A DNA stretch of 64,000 bases from Camelus dromedarius (GCF_036321535.1 NC_087437.1:28274001-28338000), one strand, 5' to 3'; shown: positions 25,231-36,716, numbered from the stretch's first letter. Numbers and translations are program-made. The notes: generated from the sequence alone by a model not told the origin.

Positions 25231-26919
25231 CAGATACACATTTTTCATTTTATTGCACGTGTGTTCTATTTAACAAGACAGTTTTACACATACTGTCAAA
25301 TTCACATTTCTTTATCTTTTACAGTAATTGGAAACAATATGGCCCTTCTATTAATATCTGTTAGTATTGCCAAATCTAACTCCCAAACGGATGCATGGCA
25401 ACTAATTTAGGGATTAAAGGATTAATGGCAACAGGGAGGGGAGGAAAAGAGCCTATACATTTATTTTGCAAAAGTGAATGAATGAAAAGGTAATTCAAGA
25501 AATAGTCGATAAGTTTAATATAGTCTTCTGTGCACCAAAGTGCTGGTACCTGACTTGGAGGGATGACCACTAGGTCAATATAAGCTAGACCTCAGAGTAA
25601 TGGAATCATCACTCTTCTTTCTACCAGACATGGTACTTCCAGTCTTCTTTACTCTCCTCCCTTTCCATCAGCTTCTCTGCTGCCTTCCTCATGGGGTATG
25701 TGAGACTCACCGGACACCCTTCATCGTAGGCCATGATGAGTCACTTCCTCTGACCTGCAATCCAGGCAGCAAGTGAGAGAACCAAGATGCTATAAGGCTT
25801 GATAAACCAGCAGGGGATCTTTTTAGTCTTTTATTATATGATTGGTGTGGTTTAAAGAAAAGAAATAAATAATTACATAAATGGATGAAGCGCATTGAAT
25901 AGAAAACAGAAAAATAGCACAACATTCGGATACTCAAAGCAAATGTAGTTTTATTTTCCATAACTGATGTGGTTTTCCTTTGGAATCCTCATCTCTTTGA
26001 GTAGTAAAAGAGAGAACCAAACAACTCTTTAAAATTCCTAGACTGTAGTATCTCATCTCTTCCCCCATTAAACTGTCTCTTCTGGTTGATTCTTTCTCCA
26101 GTAAGTCTTTCAGATACTCTCTCATCCTCCATGCGTGTTGGAGACATTCTGTCTGGGTATAAATGAGCTTTCTTAGTGAGACACAGATAGCAGAGAAGGA
26201 AGCCCAAGGCCTTGATGTTTTCAAGAAAGTGTCTCTCAATACAATAGCTGTTCTTTTCTCTTCGGGTCAGGTTTTGTCTCTTCTTCCCATAGTCTGATGG
26301 ATTCTTCTTCTTTTCATCACATCTTGCTTTTTCCCAGAGAGTTTAGCCTCAAAATGGAATCTATTTCACACTGGGGATGAAGTGGTAAGTTCTAATCAGA
26401 CCGCTGGCTCCAGATCCCTGTGGAAGCTATAGAAATTTGGAAATTCTTTTTATATTGCAGCAACACTAAAATTTTAAGGTTATTGTCTTGCTAAGAACAC
26501 AAAAATATAATTTTGCAATTCAAAACTTACTACTGGTGTTCTCTCTCTCTTACTCTTTTGTTGTTTTATTCTCTGATGTAGCAATACTAATCTTCCTTGA
26601 GGCAAAGAGAAGCAATATGAAGGCAGTATGAAGGATTAGACCCAAGAACATTAAGAGGAGAAAATCATATGAATAGACATGTTTAAATTTTTACTATTAT
26701 TTCATTTATAATGCCAAGGGAAAAAAAAAAAGAAGAAAATAATATATCTTAACTTAGTATCATTCCACAATGTCCCTTTCTTACAGGGTCAAAACTTCCT
26801 GGCCAGGCATTAGGAATTTTCGTAAAAATTATTCATTTTCTCTTACACTATTATTTAAATGCATGTTAAATACATGTGCAAGACACAGCAGATTAATCAT
26901 TGTTTCTCTAAATAACATC

Positions 26920-27262
26920 TACTTTTCTGTTTCCATATCTTTGCTGAAGCTGTCTTCACTGCTTAGAATGTCCTTTTTGATAAATATATTTGGAAGACTT
27001 TTTTTATTCATTTGGGTCAACTCAAATCTGCCATGAAGTCAAGCGGTACTGACAACTTTCCCTCTTGCACTCCTGCATATTTCTATCTTATATTGTATCC
27101 CCATTGTGACAATTTCTCTTCTTCTGATATTTATTAGAGATTCGTAATCAATCTGTCTCCCACACTAAAATGAGTGGCTACAGGACAGGAACTGTGAACA
27201 GTTCACCTTAGTTGCACCCACAACACCCAGCCAAGTGCCTTATACATTGTACATGATATGTG
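26920..27262 (+). mobile_element. L2 3' fragment
   Basis: ctgtctcccacactaaaatgag...caggacaggaactgtg...acccagccaagtgcct. Confidence 0.6.
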
Positions 27263-27503
27263 GTATGCAATCATACATATCTGTGATGTTGGGGGAAAAA
27301 TTTTATTATAAAATTCAAAAGAAGTATGTCTGGCCTTTTGGAACTAAAAATAATCTAATTTAGAAATTCTACCTATAGTCTATGTAGCACAGAGGACTTC
27401 AAAAAAAGATAAAATTTCTTAAAAAAAAAAAAAACAACTACTTTGCTAGCAACTAACAGATTGAGAGTCTATTCAGAAATTTCACTTTAGTGTCTGTACT
27501 TTT

Positions 27504-28736
27504 GGAGGTGGGATCAAGATGGCAGAGTAGGAAGACCCTGAGCTCACCTCCCCAGAAGGACACATCAAAAGTACAACGACATACAGAGCAACTCTTGCTG
27601 ATGATGACCTGAAGACTAGCAAAACAGCTCTACAACCAATGCTGTAAAGAAAATTACATGGAGTCTGGTAGGAGGGGAGGAGAAGAAATCTGGTCAGGAC
27701 CTGCAACCCTAGTGGGTGACCCATAAGGAGATCTCACAGGCTCCAGAATCCTCCCTACTGAGGAGCCGCACATTAGGCACTCCAGCCCCGGGGTCCAACA
27801 TCAAGATGAGCCCCTTTGGCTGGTTTGAAAACCAGTGGGGCTTACCAGAGAACTCTAAGAAACCAAGACGCGACTCTTAAAGAACACATGCACAGACTTG
27901 CTTGCCACCTGCCTCAGCACAGAGGCAGCAGACTGAAAACTGCCAGGTGCTCTGGCCAGCCTGCCAGGACAGCACCAGTGCACCCCACAGCACACACCAG
28001 GACCCTGCTCCAGCCCCTCCTGCCCTGCCACCACTCCCTGCTAAGGCAGAGGCCACCATTTCCAACATGTGTGTGTTCACCAGGGAAGGAGAAGAGCCTG
28101 TCCAGCTCTGGCCAAAGCAGTGGCTGCCATTGCTGGAGCATTTGCACACCAGGGAAGACTCCAAATCCTTGGCCCCAACCCCATCTCTAATCAAGGAAAA
28201 CACATTGGGGAAAACTGGAGCCAGCTCAGAAGTCTTTGGGCCCCAGCCATGTCTCCAACCAAAGCAGAGATTGCCATCACACCAGGGAGGAGCCCAGCTC
28301 CCTCAGGACTCCTGCTCTAGCCCCACGGTCCCCAGCCCTCCCCTCCACAGGGTGGCAGCCACCACTGAGCATAGGAGAAGCTCTAGCACCTGGCTCTGTC
28401 TCTCTCGCCTCCACCTTTAGCCCTACCTCACACTAAGGTGCTGGCTGCCAGCACGCCCTGGGAGAAGAGCTTGTGTCACTTCAGATCCAGCTCTCCCACC
28501 AAAGCCGCTGGGCACATGTTGACTGCATAGGGATGGTCCCACACAGGAACATGCCTTCAAGACCAGGGTAGGTAACTTTTTCACCTGGTTACATAGAGAC
28601 AAACAGAGAAAGTTAAACAAAATGAGAAAATAGAGGAATATATTTCAAATAAAAAAGAGCGAGATAAAATCCCAGAGGGAAAAATTAATGAAACAGAGAT
28701 TAAATAATTTACCTGCTAGAGAGTTCAAAGCAATAG
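27504..28736 (+). mobile_element. L1 5' UTR and first ~38 codons of ORF1 (decayed)
   Basis: Starts ggaggtgggatcaagatggcagagtaggaagaccctgagctcacctcc (L1 5' end with YY1-type CAAGATGGC); ORF1-like start at 28622 (MRK*RNIFQ...[10 protein letters not shown], with stop and frameshifts). Confidence 0.85.
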
Positions 28737-28861
28737 CCCTCTGCAGTCGGTGCAGGTCTTCGAACGCAAGAAGAAGGCCACTGCCAACGTGGCTCACTGC
28801 AAACGAGGTAATGGCCTCATCAAGGTGAACGGGCGACCCCTGGAGATGAAGGCGCACACTG
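28736..28861 (+). pseudogene. RPS16: Processed fragment of 40S ribosomal protein S16 (about residues 5-47)
   Basis: From 28738 translates [37 protein letters not shown] vs RPS16 [36 protein letters not shown]; no start codon, no 3' part, no poly(A). Confidence 0.95.
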
Positions 28862-28867
28862 GGGTTT

Positions 28868-29005
28868 TAAGTTTGGTTTCAAATTCTTCCCCTGCCTGGC
28901 CATAAGCATGTCACTTAAACTCTGAGCTTCAGTTTCTTGACCTTTCAAGTGGATGCCCTAATGTCTCATTTTCAATGTTGCTTTGAAAAGTAAATAAAAA
29001 AGAGT
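28868..29005 (+). mobile_element. Diverged MIR-like segment between the RPS16 fragment and L1 ORF2
   Basis: ggtttcaaattc...gcatgtcacttaaactctgagcttcagtttctt...gttgctttgaaaagtaaat follows MIR core order. Confidence 0.6.
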
Positions 29006-29006
29006 T

Positions 29007-30348
29007 AGCTCTTCAGTAAGTGGTGCTGGGAAAACTGGACAGCTACATGTAAAAGAATGAGATTAGAACATTCTCTCACATTATAAACAAAAATAAACTC
29101 AAAATAGATTAAATACCTATATGTAACACCAGAAACTATAAAACTCCTAGGAGAAAACTTAGGCTATACACTCTTTGACATGGGTCTTAGCAATATCTTT
29201 CTGGATATGTCTCCTCAAGCAAGGGAAACAAAAGCAAAAATAAACAACTGGGATCTAACCAAACTTAGACACTTTTGCACAGTGAGGGCACCATCAACAA
29301 AATGGAAATACAACCAACTGAATGAGAGAAAATATTTGCAAGTGATATGTCTGGTAAGGGGTTGATATCCAGAATATATAAAGAGCTCATACAACTCAAT
29401 ATAAAAAATATAAAAAAATCCAATTAAAAAATGGGCAGAGGACCTGAATAGACATTTTTCCAAAGACATACAGATGGCGAACAGGCACATGAAAAGATGT
29501 TCAGCATCACTAATTATCAGGGAAATGCAAGTCAAAACTACAATGAGATATCACCTCACACCTGTCACAATGGCTATGGTAAAAAAGACAAGAAATAACA
29601 AGTGTTGACAGGGATGTGGAGAAAGGGAAACCTCGTATATCGCTGGAGGGAATGTAAATTGCTTCAGCCACTATGGAAAACAGTATAGAGTTTCCTCAAA
29701 AAATTTAAAATAGAGCTACCATATCATCCAGCAATTCCACTCCTGGGAATATATCTAAAGAAAATAAAAATGCCAATTTGAAAAGATATATACACCACAA
29801 TATTCAGAGCAGCATTATTTAAAATTGCCAAGATATGGAAGCAAGAAATCTAAGTGTCCATCAACAGATGAATGGATAAAGAAGCTGTGAGAAATATATA
29901 TATATATAATATATATATATATAAAATACACACACACACACACACAACATAGTGGAGCCTGGAGGGTAATATGCTTCGTAAAGCAAGTGAGACAGAGAAA
30001 GATAGATGCTCTATGTTTTCACTTATACGTGGAATGTAAAAAATAAAAGAAACATACGAATATAACAAAACAGAAACAGACTCACAGATACAGAGAACAA
30101 ACTAATGATTATCAGTGGGGAGAGGGGTGAGGAGAGGGGCAAGAAAGGGGAAGATGTATAAACTACTAGGTATAAAATTAATAAGATATAAGGATAGATT
30201 TATAGCACAGGGAATATAGCAAATATTTTATAATTTTAAAATGAGTATAATAAATAAAATATCAAATCACTACATTATATACCTGAAACTAATATAACAT
30301 TGTAAATCCATTATACTTCAATTTTAAAAAAGAGAAAGAAAGAAAGAA
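29007..30348 (+). mobile_element. L1 ORF2 C-terminal part, 3' UTR and A-rich tail
   Basis: Begins LFSKWCWENWTATCKRMRL; also [23 protein letters not shown]; ends tacctgaaactaatataacattgtaaatccattatacttcaattttaaaaa+(GAAA)n. Confidence 0.95.
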
Positions 30349-30809
30349 GGTGAGAAGAATTAATGTCTTGTGTACTTTAACATTTAAAAAAAATCCTTTG
30401 GCAGTATATTATTTTCCATTTTTAAGTTAGGAAAATTGGGGGTCAAGAAGAGTAAACAATGAGCTAATATGGGTCAAAAGACTGCTTTGGAATGATTGGA
30501 TTTTAATGGTCAAATCTAAAGAATTTGATGACAGGTCTCTCATCTGACTTAAAATCACGTAATATTCTTCTGATACTTTTTGTTTCTTGCAAATCCTTTT
30601 CTTTCTGTGATTTTTAATATTACATTGTGACAAATCCATGAACTGACCTCATTTAATTCTCAGAGGACAGTATAAAAATAGATTTTACAATTAAGTATAA
30701 TATAAATTTATTTGAAAATTTGAGAATACACATGACATATATTATTTATAAAATAAATAAATGAATGAATGCATGAATTAATATACTATGAAAAGTGTGT
30801 AGTGCTTCT

Positions 30810-31618
30810 GAATCTTGAGTATACACACCTTTATTATTAAGAATTTTATGCACACTATAATTTTCCAGACCCAAAGTTATGTTTAAAGTAAAATTTTATG
30901 TTCCATGTGGTCTGCCTTTGTGAAATTTAGAAGGTCATCATGCTTGGGAATTTTCATTGAAATAAGACATTAAGTTTTTTGAGTTTTGAAGTGCCCATTG
31001 GAATGTAACAATTCCCATTTAATATCTGTATTTATTTACACTTGATGCTTCAATTTACATACATAGTGATATTCTTTGGGAGTTCTGTAGATTCCAGCTT
31101 CAAGAATTTACAACTTTATTTGCAAACTGGAAGTCGTATTCAGGATGCCAAAATAGGTGAAATTACTCCCCAGGACTTTTGGAAATTGTTAAAATAATTT
31201 AATGATGCTTTTCATTGTGTTTATGAAACCATGAGTATTAAAATGGTAAAAGTAAAATCTTACATAATTTAACATTTTCAAAAAGTTTTCCTGCTTTGGT
31301 GTGCTCAGTCCTGGAGCTTAGAACCATTATAGAACTTATACATGTACACCATAACGAAGAATAAATTTAACTTGAGTAGAGCTTTACATTAACATTAACA
31401 TTCTTAGAGCATTTCTGACCACGGATATCGTCTTCATGACTCAATATATGGATTCATCTGTATACAAATTCCTACTACTTGTTCAGTTATCAATAATTTT
31501 TCACCACTATGTCCTCTCTAATTGCTAACCTTCTCTACAACCCTTGACTCAAGTGTCGAAGCAAATCATTCTTCTTCATTGAGCAACACATCTTGAAAGG
31601 CTGGATTTTGCTGAAGAT
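30810..31618 (-). other. Candidate terminal exon with 3' UTR, gene unidentified
   Basis: Acceptor gtgtttttttccccTAG|ATCTTC at 31618; early stops in all frames; no recognisable repeat; minus-strand AATAAA at 31115-31120, 31031-31036, 30830-30835. Confidence 0.35.
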
Positions 31619-32069
31619 CTAGGGGAAAAAAACACTTAAACTTGAATATCAGACCATATTTCTCCTCAGTTTTCTCAGCTGTGAATCTTGATTTGGAATT
31701 TTAAAAATGTGATCATGGTGATGAGGACATTGTATATTTTTTCTCATCAGGGAGGGGGAGAGAATCTGAGAGGACAGCTGTAGGTGCTTCGATGTCCTTA
31801 GGGGAAAGCTTCAATTTAATTTAAAGATACAATATAAATAATATTACAAATGATCAATGTGTTATTTATCTATAATTTATATGTCTCTGTGGCCTCCAAT
31901 GTCCCGAGGAGACTCTTTCCTGTAGTATAAATAGTAGGTTTGCACTATTACTCACCAAAGACAAAATGTAATTACTTTTTATCCCATTCCACTGATTCTC
32001 CTTTCTTTTCTTCTTCTTTCTCCTTTTCTTCTTTTCTTCCTTCTTTTTAAAGCAATCTAATCCTAAAGC

Positions 32070-34640
32070 TGTTAGATGTAGCTGATAAGAATAAGTTTCT
32101 GCACAGGGGCCAGCGGGGAGGGATGGGGAGTCCCCTGAAGAGAAGTCTTCTGTTTGGGGTACCTGAAGTCAAGCAGGATAAGGAAGACATCCTTCTCTGA
32201 GAACAGCCAAGCATAAGGCATCAGAACCCAAGAATGTGCAACAGAGTTCCACGTAGGAGGCAGTTTGACATGAGAGGTCTAGCAAAGTGAGGTGTATATT
32301 TGTACAGAAGAAGGCAGTGGTGATGGAAGATTGGTTATATAAAGGGATATTGATCAAATAATTAATATATTTAAGATAATAGAGCCAGCTTTCTCATTGT
32401 CACAGAAGGGAGTTTGAATACAGAAAGGGGGCTCACACAGGTACCTCTTGTCTGTGTGGCCTGCTGTTGTCTATGGCAGAGTAAACTAATAAACTCTTCT
32501 ATTCGCATAAATAAGTAAACAAACAAACAAATACAGAAAGGGGGAAACCAGAATTAAACTTCTGTTGGAATTGGTGGCATCAATATGAAATAGTGGCTTT
32601 CAATATGTAGAGCAATAAATAAAAATATAAATGTGTGTATCATGTGTATAGTTATATCAGGTGTGTGTATATGTGTGTGTGTACATACACACACAGACTC
32701 TAGCTCTGTCCACTAAGAAGCCTGGGAGCAGTGACACACTAATACTCATGAGCATACCTAGCACTGAGATCTTGGATTCTAAATACCACTCTCCAAAAAC
32801 AGGAAATAGAGCTTGGTGGAGAAAAGGCTAATTTTTGATCTGAAACAGGGCAATACATAGACTATCCTTTTGTGCCAGAAAGTAAGGAAGTGCTTAAAGA
32901 ATGAGGAAGATGTGTCAAAAGAACATAGTAGGAACCTTGAAGGGTATTTACTGACCAAATTAAGGAAAAGTTGTCCTTTTGGCATAAAAGTAGGTATAGG
33001 TCAATGGAACAAATGATGAGTTTGGAAATAGATACATACATACATGGTCAATTATTTTTCAACAATGACTCAAAATAATTCAGTGTGGAAAACATAACCT
33101 TTACAGTCAAGATGCTAGAATAATTTTGCTATATGTGTTAAAAAAAAGAAAGAGAAAAAAAAAACTCAACCCTTCTTTCACATACCATATTTTAAAAATC
33201 CAATGCAAATAGATCATAGGCTTAAATGTAGAAGCAACATCTGTCAAATTTCTAGAAGAAAAGATAGGGTAAACTCTTCATGAACTTGATTTTAGTGAAA
33301 ATTTTCAAAAATACAAAGCAAGGCACATTAATCATCTAAAATTTTTGGAAAAGTTGGACTTCATAAAAAATTTTCTTCAACATTTTGAGTAGAACTTGTA
33401 CCGAGAATAGAGAAAGCACTCTTAACAACTTAAGAAGACAATCCAAACGGGGAAAAAATGTGAACAGACATTTCACCAATGAAGACATATAAATGGTGAA
33501 TGAAAACTACAAATTAAAACCACAAAGGAATAACACTACACACTCACTAGAATAATTAAAATTTAAAATTTTAAATACCGCCATACTCAAGTATCAGCAA
33601 GGATGTGGAACAATCAGAACTTTTATACACTTCTGGTGGAAATGCAAAATGGTACAGTTACTTTGGAAATGAGTTTGGTACATTTTTAAAAATTAATAAG
33701 ATTCAGCTATTTTACTCCTAGGTATTTACTCTCTCAAAATGAAAGCATATGTTCATACTAAGACTTGCATACAGATTTTCACAGCAGCTTATTTGTCATC
33801 TCCTGAAACTGAAAACAATGCAAATATCCATCAGCAGGTGAACAGATAAACAAATTGTGGTATAGCCATAAAATGGAGCACTGCTAACAATAAAAAGTAA
33901 TAAATTATAAAAATAGCCACTTAAATTCTTTCATTTGTACCACTCCTTCGAATAATTTGGTACCCCCCCAAACAGTAATGAATTACTAATAAATGCAACA
34001 AAACGGATAAATCTCAAAATTATTATGGTGACTGAAGGAAGCCAAGCAAAGAAAGAATATATAATGTATAATTCCATTCACACAAAGTCCTAGAAAATAC
34101 AAGCTAATAACAAAGAATACAATGAGAACACAGTGTTATTTCAGTGATATTCATACCAAAAATGCATAATCAAATCCAACTACAAGAAATTATCAGACAA
34201 ACCCAAATTGAGAGATACTCTGTTTTAAAAAATGGCCTCGAATCTTCAAAAGTGACATGAAAAACAAAGACCAAGGAACTGTTCAAAAGACACTGAACTG
34301 GTTATGCTTGTTATAAAGGCATTATTAGGACAATTCGGAAATTTGAATGGGGCATGAGGATTAGCCCAGACTCAAGGATCTTAGAGTCTATCAGAACTGT
34401 TAGAACAATTAGAACTATTGACAATACTTGAATGTAATCTGATTAGATGTAGCAATGTGTCAAAAAACATTTATTGGTTTGTTTATCTTGTAGTTATGTT
34501 GAGAAATGTCTTGGTTTGCAGGAAATGCTAAAATATTAGGAGTGATGGGGCCAACAGGTTGGCCGCTTACTCTCAAATGCTTCAGGAAAAATGAAATTAT
34601 TCTTTGCATCATAGCTACAATTTTTCTATAAATTTCAATA
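32070..34640 (+). mobile_element. L1MC-type cluster: mid-3' UTR, then ORF2 end (about 32986-34105), then distal 3' UTR
   Basis: Colinear with the 16170-18465 copy (gatcttggattctaaatacca; ctcaaatgcttcaggaaaa); ORF2-like middle segment. Confidence 0.8.
32432..32529 (+). other. 98-bp retroposed 3' end of an unidentified polyadenylated RNA
   Basis: Perfect TSD AATACAGAAAGGGGG at 32417-32431 and 32530-32544; AATAAA at 32488-32493; A-rich tail. Confidence 0.85.
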
Positions 34641-36429
34641 GATAATAGATATAGATATGCAACAATTATTTATTATTTCTGCCCATTCTATTCATGTTAA
34701 TCCTATACAACAATTCAAGAGTCTTTTTTTATAGTTTTCAGATTCTGGTAGAAATTCTCAGTGTCTAGCCTACTGCTCCTACTTGCGCCTCTCCATGACT
34801 ATATGTAGGTGTGTAGAGGCAGGAAGGCTTAGGTAGTGTAACCACCAAACTAAAGTGTGCCTAGAAAACAGACATCCTGAATCATCCTGGGAAAATGAGG
34901 AGTTGGGGGGTGGCCAATTTAGGCTTGTGATGTTGGGGATTAGATATTCTCATTTTCTTTTCAGCTTCTCTCCATCTTTTATTCTCAAAGTCAATGGCAT
35001 TCTTCTGCTGTTTGCTGCTGTGCTGGGAGTAACAGCTGGGCAACCCACCATCTGCTCTCTCTGAGTGCTTTCAGGGTCTCATGGTCTCTTCTCATTTGGA
35101 TCCTGCCCTCCTTTGGCTTTCGCAGGCATTACAGTGGGACCAGACACATGAGATTCTTCCTGAAACTACTCAGCCCTGACAAGCTCTCCAGCTGGAAGTC
35201 CCACCTCCGAGCCCACCCCACAAGGGAACATGGAAAGGTCCAGAAAGATAAATATTGAGTCCTTCTCTGTTTCTTCTCACAATATCTCTGAACTTCTTTG
35301 TTACATCAGTGAAGACATATTCTCTTTCTTTTGGACTTCAGCCTCACAGCTAAACTTTAATAACACATATATGTACTTTTTCAGCGTTAATGGAGAAGAT
35401 CTAAGATCTGATTATCAGACATGGTCTTTGATGTTGTTACATATGAACTAAAGGAATTTGGAAATTACTTCCTCTCTCTAAGCAAAGCAAAACAAAACAA
35501 AACAAAACAAAAAGTCCTCCCTTTTTTGATGCTTCAGAATCCTATTTTAAATGCCAGATGTTGAATATTAACCCTTGCTTTCTCACTGTAATCTTTCTGT
35601 ATCAATCCTAATGTGACTTTTTTTAAGCTGGTCTGAGAAAAGCTCACTGCAGAAAGACAAAAGAGAAAAGCATAAGTAGTATTTTTTCTAGTGTGTCTTT
35701 CATGAAACGTTTAAGTTAAATAACTTGTCTTGTCCCATGTAACTACTGGGAGTTCAGTAACCTCCTTTAAATTTCCAAGGATTCCAGGGTTATGAAAGGG
35801 ATGGATATGCACTTTTGATATTCATCTCATGTCTCTGAATATGCATTTCTGTTACTGATTCAATTATCAATCTCCTCTTACCATCTTGTCTTCTAAACAC
35901 TGTACTTCCTCCACACTCCACCCCAAGCATTAACCCTGACCATTCTCCATCATTAGGCAAAACATCACATATGGTTGTTGTATGTAATAGACTTTTGCTG
36001 AAGTTTCAAGGAATATAAGCAAAGAAGTAAAAAGAAAAACCTTAAAATTTAATAACAAGCATTACTCTTTCTGTATCTATCTGTAGTTCCATAGTTGCTC
36101 TCTTTCTAGCTTTCCAACACTTGTTGGGAAATCTTTAGCCCTTCTGACCCCTTCCCCACTATATCCAGGATTTCAAAACCTTTGAGATTCTTTTTCCTTT
36201 GTAATTCAAAGAAACTCCTTTTGTGTCAAAAATCTCCCAATCAGACATGCTCTTGAGACATCCCCTTAACCTAACAAAATGTCTCATTAAGATCTCCACT
36301 TGCCTCGCCACCAAATGTACACATTTCTTCCTAGAGGACCTCTGCCATCCTCCTCCAGCAGAAGTCTACAGCCAGGTAGCCCAAGGCTATAATTTGGCCA
36401 AGAGACATATTTTATTCATCTGCAGAATT

Positions 36430-36716
36430 TGCCTTTATTTTCCTTCTATGCCTGTTTCACCATTGTATTTTGGAAGCAGACAGTTTACTTTTAGGTTTTA
36501 TAGGTCCAGAGATAGAAAGAAATTTTGCCCTATGATGGTTCATACCCAGAGTTACATTCATATCTGATTTAGATGATGATATTTGGGATTGAGACACTGA
36601 AAAGATTTAGATGAGATTATAGATTTGAGTTGATGCTAATGAGATTTTTAGGGGTGCTGACATGGGGTAAATGTCCATGTGGGATGGATATGAGCTATTG
36701 GGGCTAAAGAGAACAC
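36430..36716 (+). mobile_element. MaLR internal (MLT1-int) 3' remnant
   Basis: ttgtattttggaagca...tctgatttagatga...tttgagttgatgct, ending in polypurine-tract-like ggggctaaagagaacac directly before the LTR. Confidence 0.7.

Noticed and set aside
27816..28620. Cluster of longer ORFs up to 172 aa
   Set aside because: They lie in the GC-rich L1 5' UTR where stops are rare; no recognisable protein.
28622..28861. Translatable L1 ORF1-RPS16 fusion protein
   Set aside because: ORF1 has a stop at codon 4 plus frameshifts, and RPS16 joins out of frame (ORF1 codon starts at 28736, RPS16 codon at 28738).
29895..29945. (TA)n(CA)n tract inside the L1 3' part
   Set aside because: Microsatellites commonly arise at this position in L1 copies.
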